Virus record (IMG/VR): IMGVR_UViG_3300032291_002123
Location: 1 to 64,000 of that record
Length of the DNA: 64,000 nt
Reading direction: 5' to 3' (one strand)
DNA from: a virus
Part shown: positions 10,849-21,400 of the stretch, one piece after another
Layout: each line of letters opens with the position of its first letter
Position numbering within the stretch: position 1 is the stretch's first letter
Translations under genes and position numbers: made by a program
The notes under the pieces: model-generated
What the model saw: only the letters and a program-made list of their open reading frames with translations
What the model was told of the DNA's origin: nothing
The model's database searches: none

Positions 10849-11292
10849 TCAGGCTATTGGGGCGTCCAGAACTCCACCAAATGGGTCAGCAGAGTCTGCT
10901 TCCATTTTGGTAGGCGGAATGTATGACTTAGTCTCACTCTTCACAGAAGGATTAAACGTAACAATTTCTTCGTCTTCGTTGTACGAGCCAAATTCATTGT
11001 TGCTATTTCCATCTTCTGCAAATGATTTGTAGCGATATTCGGTTCCATACAAATCTTCAAAAATGCGCTCTCGTCTAGAGTCAGCCCATTTTCCTTGTTC
11101 AACGGTAGAGAAATTCATAGATTCGTCATAGAAGTAGTGAATGACATCTAACATGTCAGACACCTCCATTTCTCCTAATCTCAATCCGTTAAATAACGCT
11201 TTTCCGTTTACATAGTGCCAAAGGTCAACCGCCCAAATTAGGAGACCTTTGGCTCCTCTTCCGGGCGTCCTGCGTACTCCTCCAATAGCCAC
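10849..11292 (-). CDS. Tail assembly chaperone, downstream (T-like) part; start uncertain
   Basis: Lies between the first chaperone and tape measure, overlapping the former in the -1 frame. Confidence 0.6.
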   Translation of the reverse strand: MAIGGVRRTPGRGAKGLLIWAVDLWHYVNGKALFNGLRLGEMEVSDMLDVIHYFYDESMNFSTVEQGKWADSRRERIFEDLYGTEYRYKSFAEDGNSNNEFGSYNEDEEIVTFNPSVKSETKSYIPPTKMEADSADPFGGVLDAPIA

Positions 11293-11576
11293 GAAGCAAT
11301 TTGGCTTAGGCTTTCAACAGTGACAATTTTGTCTTTGCTGGTTATTAGAGCATCGAAACGCACTGCGCTTTCGTCCTCTAAAACCTTGCCAAAGAATGAA
11401 CTGATAACCTTTGCGGTTTCTGCTCCGTCTTCGCTGGCGCTGCGCTCAATAAACTCTAGGAAAACTTTTCCCTGAAGTCGTGGAAGGCACTTAAACTCCT
11501 CGCCGTGGAGTTTGAATGATAGTGGTTCTACTGCTGCTAAATCAGCACCAGAGCCAAAGTCCTTAAATCTAGGCAT
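11238..11576 (-). CDS. Tail assembly chaperone (G-like)
   Basis: 112 aa, upstream of tape measure; FKLHGEEF...WLLEEYAGRP pattern typical of actinophage chaperones. Confidence 0.75.
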   Translation of the reverse strand: MPRFKDFGSGADLAAVEPLSFKLHGEEFKCLPRLQGKVFLEFIERSASEDGAETAKVISSFFGKVLEDESAVRFDALITSKDKIVTVESLSQIASWLLEEYAGRPEEEPKVS

Positions 11577-11653
11577 CTTGTATTCTTTCTCTTATATGTC
11601 TTAGTTAGGCTAAATAGCCTTAGTCAATTTTACTACAATAAAAATTAGACTAT

Positions 11654-12277
11654 TTACTGGACTCTGCCAACATTTCTAAAATGCTTGAGTTGAGTAGATA
11701 AGTAGTGGTTGGCTCTAGTGCCTGGGTGGTTAACCTTAGGGGTCATCACTTTTCGATAAGAGAACGTGTTTCTACCATATTTGTTAGATTTTACGTTCTT
11801 AAATTTGCCAGTAAAAACTAGCAAGCCGCCATCGTGGGCACGTATTGGGTGAGGTCTAGTTCCTTCGTGGTGGTAGAGTGCATAACTCCGCTGAGAGCCA
11901 ATCCAAATATATTGACCAGTGGCATTACCAGTGTGTCGAGCGTGGATTGACTTAGCCAACGCCCCTGTTCTCTTGCCAACCTTCATCTTTGCACCAGCAA
12001 CAGCCATTGCCGCAGCAGCGTCTAAATGCATCCACAACTCAGAAGGTTTACCTAAGGTAGTTTTACCATTTAGGAAGTTGTGCATCGCTGGCTCGTGGAA
12101 CTTTACATCGGTAACTTTCCAATTAAATTTAACCTTGGTGTGAGTAGTGGTCGTTCTGACCATGCCACCCAAGCCACCGCCGCCACCCCTGCGACCACCA
12201 CGACCACCTCGTCGTGCGCCTCTAGCAATACGTCCAGCACCCCAGACCACCCATGAGTCAGGTAAGCCATATGGCAT
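11654..12277 (-). CDS. Neck/tail-completion protein (HK97 gp10-like) with RGG-rich N-terminus
   Basis: KRTGALAKSI, YALYHHEGT and VNHPGTRANHYL motifs. Confidence 0.7.
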   Translation of the reverse strand: MPYGLPDSWVVWGAGRIARGARRGGRGGRRGGGGGLGGMVRTTTTHTKVKFNWKVTDVKFHEPAMHNFLNGKTTLGKPSELWMHLDAAAAMAVAGAKMKVGKRTGALAKSIHARHTGNATGQYIWIGSQRSYALYHHEGTRPHPIRAHDGGLLVFTGKFKNVKSNKYGRNTFSYRKVMTPKVNHPGTRANHYLSTQLKHFRNVGRVQ

Positions 12278-12278
12278 T

Positions 12279-12785
12279 TTATGGAACCGCCATAGTGATG
12301 TTCATAACGGTTGTTTGAAATCCACCCTCGGGTGCAGAAACGTCTAGCGTGGCGATAACACCTAAGCCGTAGCCAGTGTCGTCCCACATATCAAACTCAC
12401 GAATGGTCTCCATAAGAACCCAAGAGTCAATAGCGCTCATGTGAGAACTCTGTTGGATTTTTTCTGCTGCTGGTGGGCGACCATTTTGACCCACCACAGG
12501 AACTTCTCTAGAAACACTGATTGCAACAGTTGCGCTTCTAGGCACGTTACAACGCTGCGGTTGCGTGGACTCATCGCCAGGCGAACCTAAATACATTTGC
12601 ATAAATGAAACTACAACTTGCTCGCAATCGACGGCAGGTTGCCCAACCATCCAATAACGGCGGTTTGGCAGTGGAACATTATAGGATTGATAAACTGACT
12701 CAATTCTTGACATAATTCCGTCAAGCATATTCTTCAGATGCAAAGCATCTGTAGACATTCCCGTAATGTCCACTGCCGTAGCCAT
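12279..12785 (-). CDS. Putative tail terminator / head-tail joining protein
   Basis: Position in the neck cluster; PAVDCEQVVV and C-terminal PEGGF. Confidence 0.5.
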   Translation of the reverse strand: MATAVDITGMSTDALHLKNMLDGIMSRIESVYQSYNVPLPNRRYWMVGQPAVDCEQVVVSFMQMYLGSPGDESTQPQRCNVPRSATVAISVSREVPVVGQNGRPPAAEKIQQSSHMSAIDSWVLMETIREFDMWDDTGYGLGVIATLDVSAPEGGFQTTVMNITMAVP

Positions 12786-12788
12786 TTA

Positions 12789-12992
12789 TTACTCTGCTTC
12801 CTCAGCAGGGGTCTCAACAACTGGGGCAGCCTCAACAACAGGCTCCACAACTGCCTCAACAACAGGCTCGACAACCTTCTCGACCTTTACAGGCTTTGGG
12901 GCTGCCTTTGGTGCAACTGGCTTTTTTGGTGCTGCTGGCTTAGCCGCACCAATCATGTCTGCTGCAGTGAAGTTGGTTTGTACTTTTGACAT
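12789..12992 (-). CDS. Small Pro/Ala/Glu/Val-rich low-complexity protein
   Basis: Probable start MSKVQTNF at 12992 (GAGGTG RBS upstream); PVVEA repeats. Confidence 0.55.
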   Translation of the reverse strand: MSKVQTNFTAADMIGAAKPAAPKKPVAPKAAPKPVKVEKVVEPVVEAVVEPVVEAAPVVETPAEEAE

Positions 12993-13011
12993 ACCGCACC
13001 TCTTCTTTCTT

Positions 13012-14118
13012 TTAGTTGTATAACTTGATTTGGAGGTTTCCAGATGCAAGTTCCGCTACGCTCTCAACACCATTTATGGTTTTGGTTGCGTATAGCGTCC
13101 AATATCCTGGGTCAATCATCCCAAGAGCATTATAAGCACTATTATACGGCACCGAGAAAGTTACCTTCTCGCTCGCTACGTTTACAGTAATGTCAGTAGA
13201 CGCTAAATCTACAGATTTCACTCCGTCGTAACCGCTTAGGGTTACTACTGGAGACCATCCAACTTCGTCAAAGAAAATGCTTACATCTTCATTAGCAGTT
13301 GAAGAGTCCCAAGCGGCTGGGGTGCTTTTAACTACAGATAAATCGTTTAAGGCACTTACCGTAAGAGGCAAAGCCTTAGGCGTGTATCGGCGAGCACGGG
13401 GCACATCTGGAGAGAATACCTTTGACTTACGACGAGCGCCGTCTGGGTTAGTTGTCTTAATGAACAAGTCAACTGCATACAAACCTGTGCGTAGTTCTTG
13501 AATAAAGTCTTGACTGTCCAAGATGGTATATGAAACACCTTGACGTGACACCGAAGTGATACGTTGTGGGAGAGCACAGTCATCGTCTCCAGCCCAGAGT
13601 TTTGCAAATTCAATGGCTAGAGTTCTGGCTGCCATTCTTCCAACTGCTGGAATAGGCGAGCCATAAGTGTAAGTAACTTCTACGTTACAAGGTGTCCAAG
13701 GGACACCAGCAGTTGCCTGCAAAGTCGAGTGGTCTACTAAGTAATAACTAGATTCTGGAAGCAAGTTTCCAGCACGGTTTCTGACAGCGTGAATCTTAGT
13801 TACGTTTTTGCCACGAAGTTTAATGCGAGACTCTGGGGATAATCCGTCTGCCACCAATTCGGCATAGTTGTCAAAGTCGTTGATTGGGATGTTGTACACC
13901 TCTCCACCAATCAACATACCGCCGTAGTTTCTAGAAGATGCACCTAAACGGTAAGCACGCTTAGCACAGACGTATCGCTCTGTAACAGTGGTGGTGCCTG
14001 TATATTTTCTGCCAGACATACCCCAAAGTAGGTAGGAGGCAGTTTCAGCCGCCTCCTGAGCAAACTCAGTCCCAGCGTAGTCACCTAAATCTGAAGGGTC
14101 TACCCACAAAACAGTCAT
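13012..14118 (-). CDS. Head-to-tail adaptor
   Basis: ASYLLWGMSGRKY, VEVTYTYG and CALPQRITSVSRQGVSY motifs; position after the tail tube gene. Confidence 0.75.
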   Translation of the reverse strand: MTVLWVDPSDLGDYAGTEFAQEAAETASYLLWGMSGRKYTGTTTVTERYVCAKRAYRLGASSRNYGGMLIGGEVYNIPINDFDNYAELVADGLSPESRIKLRGKNVTKIHAVRNRAGNLLPESSYYLVDHSTLQATAGVPWTPCNVEVTYTYGSPIPAVGRMAARTLAIEFAKLWAGDDDCALPQRITSVSRQGVSYTILDSQDFIQELRTGLYAVDLFIKTTNPDGARRKSKVFSPDVPRARRYTPKALPLTVSALNDLSVVKSTPAAWDSSTANEDVSIFFDEVGWSPVVTLSGYDGVKSVDLASTDITVNVASEKVTFSVPYNSAYNALGMIDPGYWTLYATKTINGVESVAELASGNLQIKLYN

Positions 14119-14141
14119 GTCCAGTCTCTCTTGTTAGTGAG

Positions 14142-14183
14142 ACGGGCGACACGATTTGTATCACTACAAGCCGTGCCGCCCGT
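14142..14183 (-). terminator. Stem-loop after major tail protein
   Basis: Imperfect inverted repeat ACGGGCGACACG...CGTGCCGCCCGT. Confidence 0.55.
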
Positions 14184-14196
14184 TTCTATTTGCTTA

Positions 14197-15324
14197 TTAA
14201 GCGGTTGGGTCTTCGTTCGAAGTGATAACACGGTCAACAGCAGTGTCTGCGTTGAAGTCGACGTTACCTGGAACGTTGTAACCAGTTGTGTTGGCGTTAG
14301 GCAACGTGGTTACAGCGGCGTAGGCTGGAGCCTCGGTGACCGAGTTGACAACAGTGATTCGAGCAGTGTTACCGACAGTTGCAGTAACGTTAGCCACAGG
14401 TGCAGTTCCAACGATGGTGTAGGTAGCAGTGTTAGACGATAGGTTAACCGCAGTAACAGTTGCGCTAGCAGCGTTGAAGTCAACACCTAGGTTCTCAACG
14501 CTAAGAACGTCACCAGCAGCAAGAACAGGTGCAGCGCTGAAGGTTACAACTGCGTTGCTTGTGTTAGCAGCAATCGTGGCACCAGAGATGGTGACGGTTG
14601 AAGCGTCAACAACACCAGACTTAGTGAAGTACATCTGGTTGGTGCTGTTGTCAGACCAAGTGTAGAAGCCCTTCAAGCCAGTAGGTGCCCAGTCAGTGCG
14701 TGCATATGAGTATGGACGCTCTGCGGCAGCAGGGAACTCCCAGCGACCATCGACACCTGACTCGAACTGGGTGTTGCCCAAGCCGTAGCCTTCGAAAGTG
14801 GTAGCGAGCATACCGTTCTCAATAACACGGTCACCCGACTGACGCAACTTAGCAAATGGGAATACCCAGTGGAAGTAAGGAAGGGTTGAAGACTTCTTAC
14901 CGTTAGCGATTGCGTGTGACCATGACTCGATGGCTACACCGTAACCAGCAGGGTCGTCGCCAACACCAGGTGATGCCCAACCAACAGACTTGACGTCTGG
15001 GTTAGCAAAGGTTCCTAGGTTCTTGCGAAGTAGCAAACCACCAGAAAGAAGTGCAGTTAGTTCTGGGTCTGGCTCACAGATTGCGAGTTCCATGGTGATA
15101 CGCTTCAAGGTGTCTGGAGACTTGTAGGTCACACAAACAACGCCGTTAGCGTTCTTCTCGGTGATTTCGTCGCCCTCTTCATATTCAGGGGTGAACGAAA
15201 CACGCATAAATGCAGACGTGGTGTATGAATCGCCAGGTCCGTTTAGTAGGTTGCCAGCGGCATCCAAACGGGTGACACGAATTGACACACCCTGGATGCT
15301 TGCAGCATATTCTTGAGTAGCCAT
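14197..15324 (-). CDS. Major tail (tube) protein with C-terminal accessory beta domain
   Basis: IRVTRLDAAG, PEYEEGDEITEKNANG and YFHWVFP motifs typical of actinophage tail tubes. Confidence 0.85.
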   Translation of the reverse strand: MATQEYAASIQGVSIRVTRLDAAGNLLNGPGDSYTTSAFMRVSFTPEYEEGDEITEKNANGVVCVTYKSPDTLKRITMELAICEPDPELTALLSGGLLLRKNLGTFANPDVKSVGWASPGVGDDPAGYGVAIESWSHAIANGKKSSTLPYFHWVFPFAKLRQSGDRVIENGMLATTFEGYGLGNTQFESGVDGRWEFPAAAERPYSYARTDWAPTGLKGFYTWSDNSTNQMYFTKSGVVDASTVTISGATIAANTSNAVVTFSAAPVLAAGDVLSVENLGVDFNAASATVTAVNLSSNTATYTIVGTAPVANVTATVGNTARITVVNSVTEAPAYAAVTTLPNANTTGYNVPGNVDFNADTAVDRVITSNEDPTA

Positions 15325-15342
15325 GTGGCTGTTCTCCTTAGG

Positions 15343-16218
15343 TTAGGCTGTGAGGTCTATTCTCACAGCAAGGTGGATTGATGTATCAAAGTAAACTGCC
15401 GCAGGGCGGATTGCTTTGAGACGCATGTCATTCGCATTACCCGACACATCATATGCTTGCGCTAGATTGTCGTTCACGACATCAACATCGCCCACATAAG
15501 TGCGAACGGTGCCAGTGGCGTAAATCCATTTGTTGGTGGCTGACGCAGTAGCGCCAGTCACGGTGTCTGGTCCATTACCAGAGTAGCCTGAACCAACAAC
15601 AATCGGAGTTCCACCGAATGTTTGTAGGTGGTCTTTTCCTTCGTCGTGGAGAAGCATGTTTGAGTTGCTAGCAAGAAGTGCCGCAACGTCACGGGTTATG
15701 TGGATAACTCCCTGCTCACCGCCGTCAGAAGCCTGACCGATTGAGTGCTCTAGAAGAGCAAGTGCACGACGTGCTGACAATGCAGTGCCGCTGTTTAGCA
15801 CAGTTGCGCTAGCGTCTGAAAGAGCGAGGTTAGAGTGGCTCTCTCCTTTACGGATAGCACCGTCCCAAAGTTCTAACTCTAGAGCGTGCTGGGTGACGCC
15901 TTCAAGTTGGCGCTTAAGACGAGCAATTCGGTCAATACCGTTGAAACCTAGAGTAGAACGATACTCTTCAGCCTCGATAAAGAAAGGCTTAATTTCTGTG
16001 TAATAAGTAGGAGTGCCAGCAACAACAACCTGACCATCAGTAGTGTCAGTGTCATCCCAGTTGGTGGCTGAATATAGAGTGGTCTCCCACTCTTGAGAAA
16101 AGCCACGAACCCACTGGTCTTCATCATTAGAGTTCTCAGGCTTGACTACAGCAAGTAGACCAAAAGCGGAGGGCACAATCTTTGGTGCCTCTACAACGCC
16201 ATTCTTTGGGAAAGCCAT
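15343..16218 (-). CDS. Second capsid protein (putative pentamer/minor capsid)
   Basis: 291 aa, directly after the major capsid gene; ALELELWDG, GVIHI, GTPIVVGSGY and WIYATG motifs. Confidence 0.65.
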   Translation of the reverse strand: MAFPKNGVVEAPKIVPSAFGLLAVVKPENSNDEDQWVRGFSQEWETTLYSATNWDDTDTTDGQVVVAGTPTYYTEIKPFFIEAEEYRSTLGFNGIDRIARLKRQLEGVTQHALELELWDGAIRKGESHSNLALSDASATVLNSGTALSARRALALLEHSIGQASDGGEQGVIHITRDVAALLASNSNMLLHDEGKDHLQTFGGTPIVVGSGYSGNGPDTVTGATASATNKWIYATGTVRTYVGDVDVVNDNLAQAYDVSGNANDMRLKAIRPAAVYFDTSIHLAVRIDLTA

Positions 16219-16245
16219 TTTTTTCCTATCTAAAACTTAGGTGGA

Positions 16246-16273
16246 GGGTGAGGCTTCCGAAGAAGCCCCACCC
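16246..16273 (-). terminator. Stem-loop with C(UUCG)G loop after major capsid gene
   Basis: Minus strand GGGTGGGGCTTC-TTCG-GAAGCCTCACCC. Confidence 0.65.
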
Positions 16274-16289
16274 AACCTGTGGGGAGTTT

Positions 16290-18290
16290 TTACTCCTCGA
16301 TTGCGGCAGCGGTAGCGCCACCAGTGGTGTCACGCAATGCTGCGGCTACACCGTTGATGCTTAGCGATGAAGTGATAGCGAGTGACTCGATACCAACCTT
16401 TGCAACGCTCTCGAAGGTTTCAATGAACATCTTGTAGTCGTTAGTACCAACGAGTGACGAGTCACGGATGATACCAAGGTCAAGAGTTCCACCATCGAGG
16501 AACAAGAAGGTTCCCTCTGAGAACAAGTACCAAGTGATTTGGTCAGGGAACTCTAGGAGTCTCGCTGCCGAACCACCCTGAGCACCAAACGAGTTAAGGT
16601 CAAGTGAAGCAACCATGTCTACGTTTGAGCCAGCAAGGTAGCCTTCGATTTCGCTGCGACCAGCACCTAGGTTTCCGTCGCCAGGCATGTTCAGAGCAAG
16701 GTCTGCTGCCATAGCGTCGTAAATCCAAGCAGGAACGATTGCCTTTAGGCGAGTTCCAGCGTCGATGCGGTGACGTGAACGGTAAGCAACTGATGCCTTA
16801 CGAACCTGTACCAAGAAGTCACGAGCAAAACCAACAAGGCTTGGAGCCTCAGTGGTAGCAACGTGTGCGTTCACAGCGGTTGAGCCAGCAGCAATCTTGC
16901 TGATTACGTTCAACTCTGCCTCACGAGCGTGCTGAACAAGAGCCAACTCGTTGTGACGAGCAATCAACTCTGGGTACGCACGGGTCATTAGGTTACCGAA
17001 CTGTAGTTGCAAAGTAACAGCGTCAGTTGCCACAGTGTTCTCCTGAGCAGCAGTAACAGTCAGGCTGTTCTTAGCGGCTGGAGAAGGAGTGGTTGCTGAG
17101 TCGTTTGCTGCAGTCCATAGACCAACGGCTGCGTCGTAGTCGTAGACAGTTCCGCTGTTGAATGACACCAAGGTAGGAGGAGTTACGAAGCGGATACCGC
17201 CACGGTCTGCCTGGAACTTTGGAAGTGCGTCACGAACTGGACGGTCAGTGGTTGAACCTAGACCGAAGATGTCGTACTTAACCTCGAAAGGCGCTGCGTG
17301 ACCACCAGAAGCAACAAGTGCCTCAGGGCCTGCAACAGCGTTAATCTTTAGTTGGTTCGACTCTGCGTCTGTGGTTAGGGTGCGCTCCTCTGGATACGCA
17401 ACGGTGAGGGATGCAACGATGTGCTGCTCTCCATCTCCTCCGTTTACACGGCGAAGCGAGTGGATACGCTTTTCCATAGCAATTGCTACGTCGCTCATGC
17501 TGTCAATGGTGCTGCCTGCGGTGTAACCTGGGATGTCTGCACCAGCGGTAATTGCTACCTTTGCTGCGGTTTCGACAACTTCAATTACAGGCTGGCGGTC
17601 TGCCGGGGCTTGGAAAGCCTCGTCTGCTGCGGCGGTCACGGGGGCCTGCTCTTCCTGCTCTTCTGGAGCAATAGTAGTTTCTGGTGTTGATTCCTCAACT
17701 GCGAACTCTTCGACAGTTTCGGTTGAGACTTCGTCAGTTGACTCGGTCTCGGCAGATGCTGTGACAACGGTCTCAGCCTCTAGGGTTTCTACTGGGGCTT
17801 CGACAGCCTCAGTCTCGGTTGAGAATTCAGAATTCTCTTCAGTAACAGCAGACGCATCGGTAGACTCGGCAGAATAGACGGTTGAGTCCTTCTTCTTTTC
17901 TTCGTCTTCCATGACCGGCATGGCACCAACTTCATCCATTGGGACATCAGGTGTCTCCATTGGTGACTCCGTTGGCTCATCAGTAGGAATTACTTCCTCT
18001 TCTGGAGCAACTTCGCCGTCGGTTCCCATTCCATCGCCCTCGCCCTTAACACGCATAGCGGCTTCAGCGGCTCGTGCTGCAAGTTCTTCTGCAGCAGCCG
18101 CACGACGCTTAGATTCACCCTTTGCGGTGTCTAACATGTCAGCAAGCGACGTCATAGCGTCAACTGTTTCTGGAGTAGCATCTTGTGCTTCAACCGATTC
18201 AAATTCACTGATGATAGCGGTCTGTAGTTCAGCGAGTTGTTCATCGCTCAACTCAGACAGGTTATCAACCTGAGTTTTAATCTGGTCCAC
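16290..18290 (-). CDS. Major capsid protein with acidic N-terminal scaffold region
   Basis: Likely GTG start at 18290 behind AGGAGG (ORF track starts at 18347). Acidic first third, then ALVASGG, RPVRDALP, DRGGIRF and LDGGTLDLGIIRDSSLVGTNDY. Confidence 0.85.
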   Translation of the reverse strand: MDQIKTQVDNLSELSDEQLAELQTAIISEFESVEAQDATPETVDAMTSLADMLDTAKGESKRRAAAAEELAARAAEAAMRVKGEGDGMGTDGEVAPEEEVIPTDEPTESPMETPDVPMDEVGAMPVMEDEEKKKDSTVYSAESTDASAVTEENSEFSTETEAVEAPVETLEAETVVTASAETESTDEVSTETVEEFAVEESTPETTIAPEEQEEQAPVTAAADEAFQAPADRQPVIEVVETAAKVAITAGADIPGYTAGSTIDSMSDVAIAMEKRIHSLRRVNGGDGEQHIVASLTVAYPEERTLTTDAESNQLKINAVAGPEALVASGGHAAPFEVKYDIFGLGSTTDRPVRDALPKFQADRGGIRFVTPPTLVSFNSGTVYDYDAAVGLWTAANDSATTPSPAAKNSLTVTAAQENTVATDAVTLQLQFGNLMTRAYPELIARHNELALVQHAREAELNVISKIAAGSTAVNAHVATTEAPSLVGFARDFLVQVRKASVAYRSRHRIDAGTRLKAIVPAWIYDAMAADLALNMPGDGNLGAGRSEIEGYLAGSNVDMVASLDLNSFGAQGGSAARLLEFPDQITWYLFSEGTFLFLDGGTLDLGIIRDSSLVGTNDYKMFIETFESVAKVGIESLAITSSLSINGVAAALRDTTGGATAAAIEE

Positions 18291-18427
18291 TGTTCCTCCT
18301 AAGGACAGTTGTATGAGAGTATTTCCCTCATTTGCTTTTCGGTACAAGGCAAAGGGACTGAACGCAACGTGGCGTAAAGGCGCTCCACCTGAACACTATT
18401 CTACAATAGATTTCTATTGTTTATTAT

Positions 18428-21400
18428 TTAGGTAAGCAGTCTTAGGAGTTTTGACATCTGTCCAGATATCTCTCCTTGACTGTAAACGTCGGAACCGTTC
18501 TTAAATGCCCTAAGGCTTTCAGTAGCGATATCGGCGTCTTTCTTACCAATTTTTGCCTCAACCCTAGTAATCATGTCGTCCATGAGACCTTGTAGGGCTG
18601 GGGGTAGGTCAGAGTATCTAACCTTCTCGTTCTGGTTATTGAAACCTAATGGTAGGTTCGAAATCACCTTTCCGAGTTCTCTCGCTGAAGAACGTACGTT
18701 CTCCAATGAAACCTTATTTAATGCACCTTCGTCAAGCCTGTCTAGAATGTCTAGCAAATTAACACCTGCACCAGCAGCCTCTGCGTAGTTACCTATTTCA
18801 TGCAGTCTGTCAACATACTTAGCGTCTTCGACGATGCGCTGTAAACCAGCGGTTCCGAGGTCTCGCTTTAGACGAGCCAAAACTTGTCTAAACTTTCCCT
18901 CTTCATCTCTAGGCTGAGTTTGTGCGGTGTATTTTCCACTAGCATCAGGGACACCACTTTCTACAGTTGTAGGAAGTGGTTCACCCTGCGCTGGCTCGTC
19001 AAGAACTGACGGAGCCTCTTCTTCGATTGGCTTTTCTTCTTTTTCTGGAGTAGCGACTGGTACCTGAACATCTTGCTGTCCGTCAACGAGAATAGGGTTA
19101 CCGTTCTCGTCTTCAGCGACAACTGCAGGTGACTCAGTCGCTAATGCTTTTCCCAGGCGCTCCTGAACTGCCATTGTGCGTGAACGCAGGTCATCTGCGC
19201 TAGCAACAACGGTCTCGGCGTCGAAATCTCCACGCCATTCTTCAGGAACCATGTGACGAACCTTAAGGGCAGAAGCACGCTTGATGATGTGCTTGCGAAC
19301 CTTTGCACGGTCACTTTCCTTCGAGCGACCATAAGACTTAATTGCGTTCTTAAGGTCGTCTACGTTACGGATTGGGTATGAGCCGTCTGGGAGAGCCTCG
19401 CCCTTCTTTGCCAACTCTTCACGAGTGTCTCGTGAGATGTAAGCAAAAGCGTCTACTTCTCCACCCTTTACACGAGCAGAAAGTTCTGCAGCCTTAACTG
19501 ACAACTCAGCCTTACGTTCTACCTTGATAGCAGCGAACTTAGACTTAGCCGAAACAATCTCGTCCATGCGGTCTGAGACTGCTAGGGTTTCTAGTTTCTT
19601 AATGCGTGTTGCTAGTTCGGTCATAGGGTCAGCCTTTAACTTAGCAAGGGTAGATGCACCTGCAGCAACAAGAGCCATGACAGCACCTGATGCAACACGA
19701 GCACGAGCGATTGGGAAGCCAGGAACGTTGACTTGGCAAACAGCAACTAACTCGAGGTTTCCACGGATTGGACGCCAGTCGCCAGAAGGAGCCGATGCAC
19801 GTAGTGCACGAATCTGCTCTGGCTGAGCACCTGGACGTAGCGAACCTGCTACCCAAATGCCGTATGCGTCTTCACCTGCGTGAACGTCTGCGATTGCTGA
19901 AGCGGTGTCGTCATAGTGCTTGACTGCCTCGAAAGCACTTGCCTCTAGAGAAGCGTGACCACCAGCAAGAGTAAGTTGACCAACTGGGACATCTTTACCA
20001 GCATCGGTGCGAACAACACCAGTGTGGAAGTATGAGTAGTTGCTCTTTGAGCGTGGTGGCTTAGTGCCATATGCCATGCCAATGTGGTCTACGTTCCAAG
20101 CAGCGATGTGACCAAAGACTCTACCGTTGTCATCAACAGTGAGAGGGGTAGCCTTACTCAACTTAGGGTTAGCAAACCACTCGGCAGGCGGTGATACAGG
20201 GATAGCGCCAGCGACGAATGCACAAGCCACTAGGCTCTCTGCATCACTAGAGTCGGCGTCATCCGCATAGATTCCGTTTGGAATCATGGTTTCCTCCTGT
20301 TGATTAGTTGGGGTTGCGAGGAAGATTTGACACTCTTGAAATGCTGGCTTAGGCACGATAGTAATTCCCATGATTCGGGCTTTATTAATCGTGATTCTGT
20401 CTTTGCCAACAGTTTTGTTTTCTAGAGAGTCTTCCTCTTCTTCTTTTTCTTTTTTATCTTCGGTAGCCTCAAATTTGTCCATGTCGGCTGAGATACCTCG
20501 AATAAATCCATTTTGAATTAAGCGTTGAACTTCCTTGGCATGCACCCCAGTGTCAAAGACACCAGTCGCATTTCCAATTCCATCCTCGATACGCTCCATT
20601 TGGTCTATGCGACCAACTACTACAGAACCTTGGTGACCGTCTGCAGTTTCAATCTGCCACATAAGCGGTAGTGGCAGTTCACGCATTTCAATAGCGCCTT
20701 TACGGAATTTACGTCCGTCTCCAGACTCGACTCCCTCAGGAATTACTAGTGGAATGCTGAACGTTGCGCCATACTCTCCGCCCATGCTGGCTACTAAGCC
20801 CATGCGCTCCTTGAGTGCATTAGCCTGCGCTCTGAGAGTTGCCATCTCGACAACTTTGCTTGATGAATTTACTACTTCATTGCTGAATACGTTTACGCCA
20901 GACTTGCCTCTTCGACCATAAAGTCTGATGTGCTCTTTGTCGCCAGTCCACAATCCAGTTACTTCCTTGTGGCGTAGAGCACAGTAGCCCTTTGAGCGAG
21001 CGCCAAGATACTTAGTTAAGTAACGAACACAGCGTGTCCAGTCTCCGCCAGTTCCCCAACGAATCTTTGCTGCACCCTTACCCTTAGTCCAGTAGCGACG
21101 GAGTTTCTCAGCGTTGCCACGGTTCTTGTCAATGTTGAAACCGCTAGGTGGGCGAGCACCTGCAACAAGAGCCTCGAACTCTTCGTCAGAGCATTTAGCA
21201 AGTTCCATACAAGCAGTAACGATTTCCTGCTCTGGCTGCCAGTCGCCGTCATAGATGTCATCCTGCTCGACCATAATGTCTTCGATAGGCATAAGCATGT
21301 CTTTGTCGGTGACAACGGTAGGCTTGCCGTAGTTTTCGGTGATTACTTCTTCCATAATGAAACTGTCATTAGAGGTTTCATTACCTGGATTTAGGCGTGA

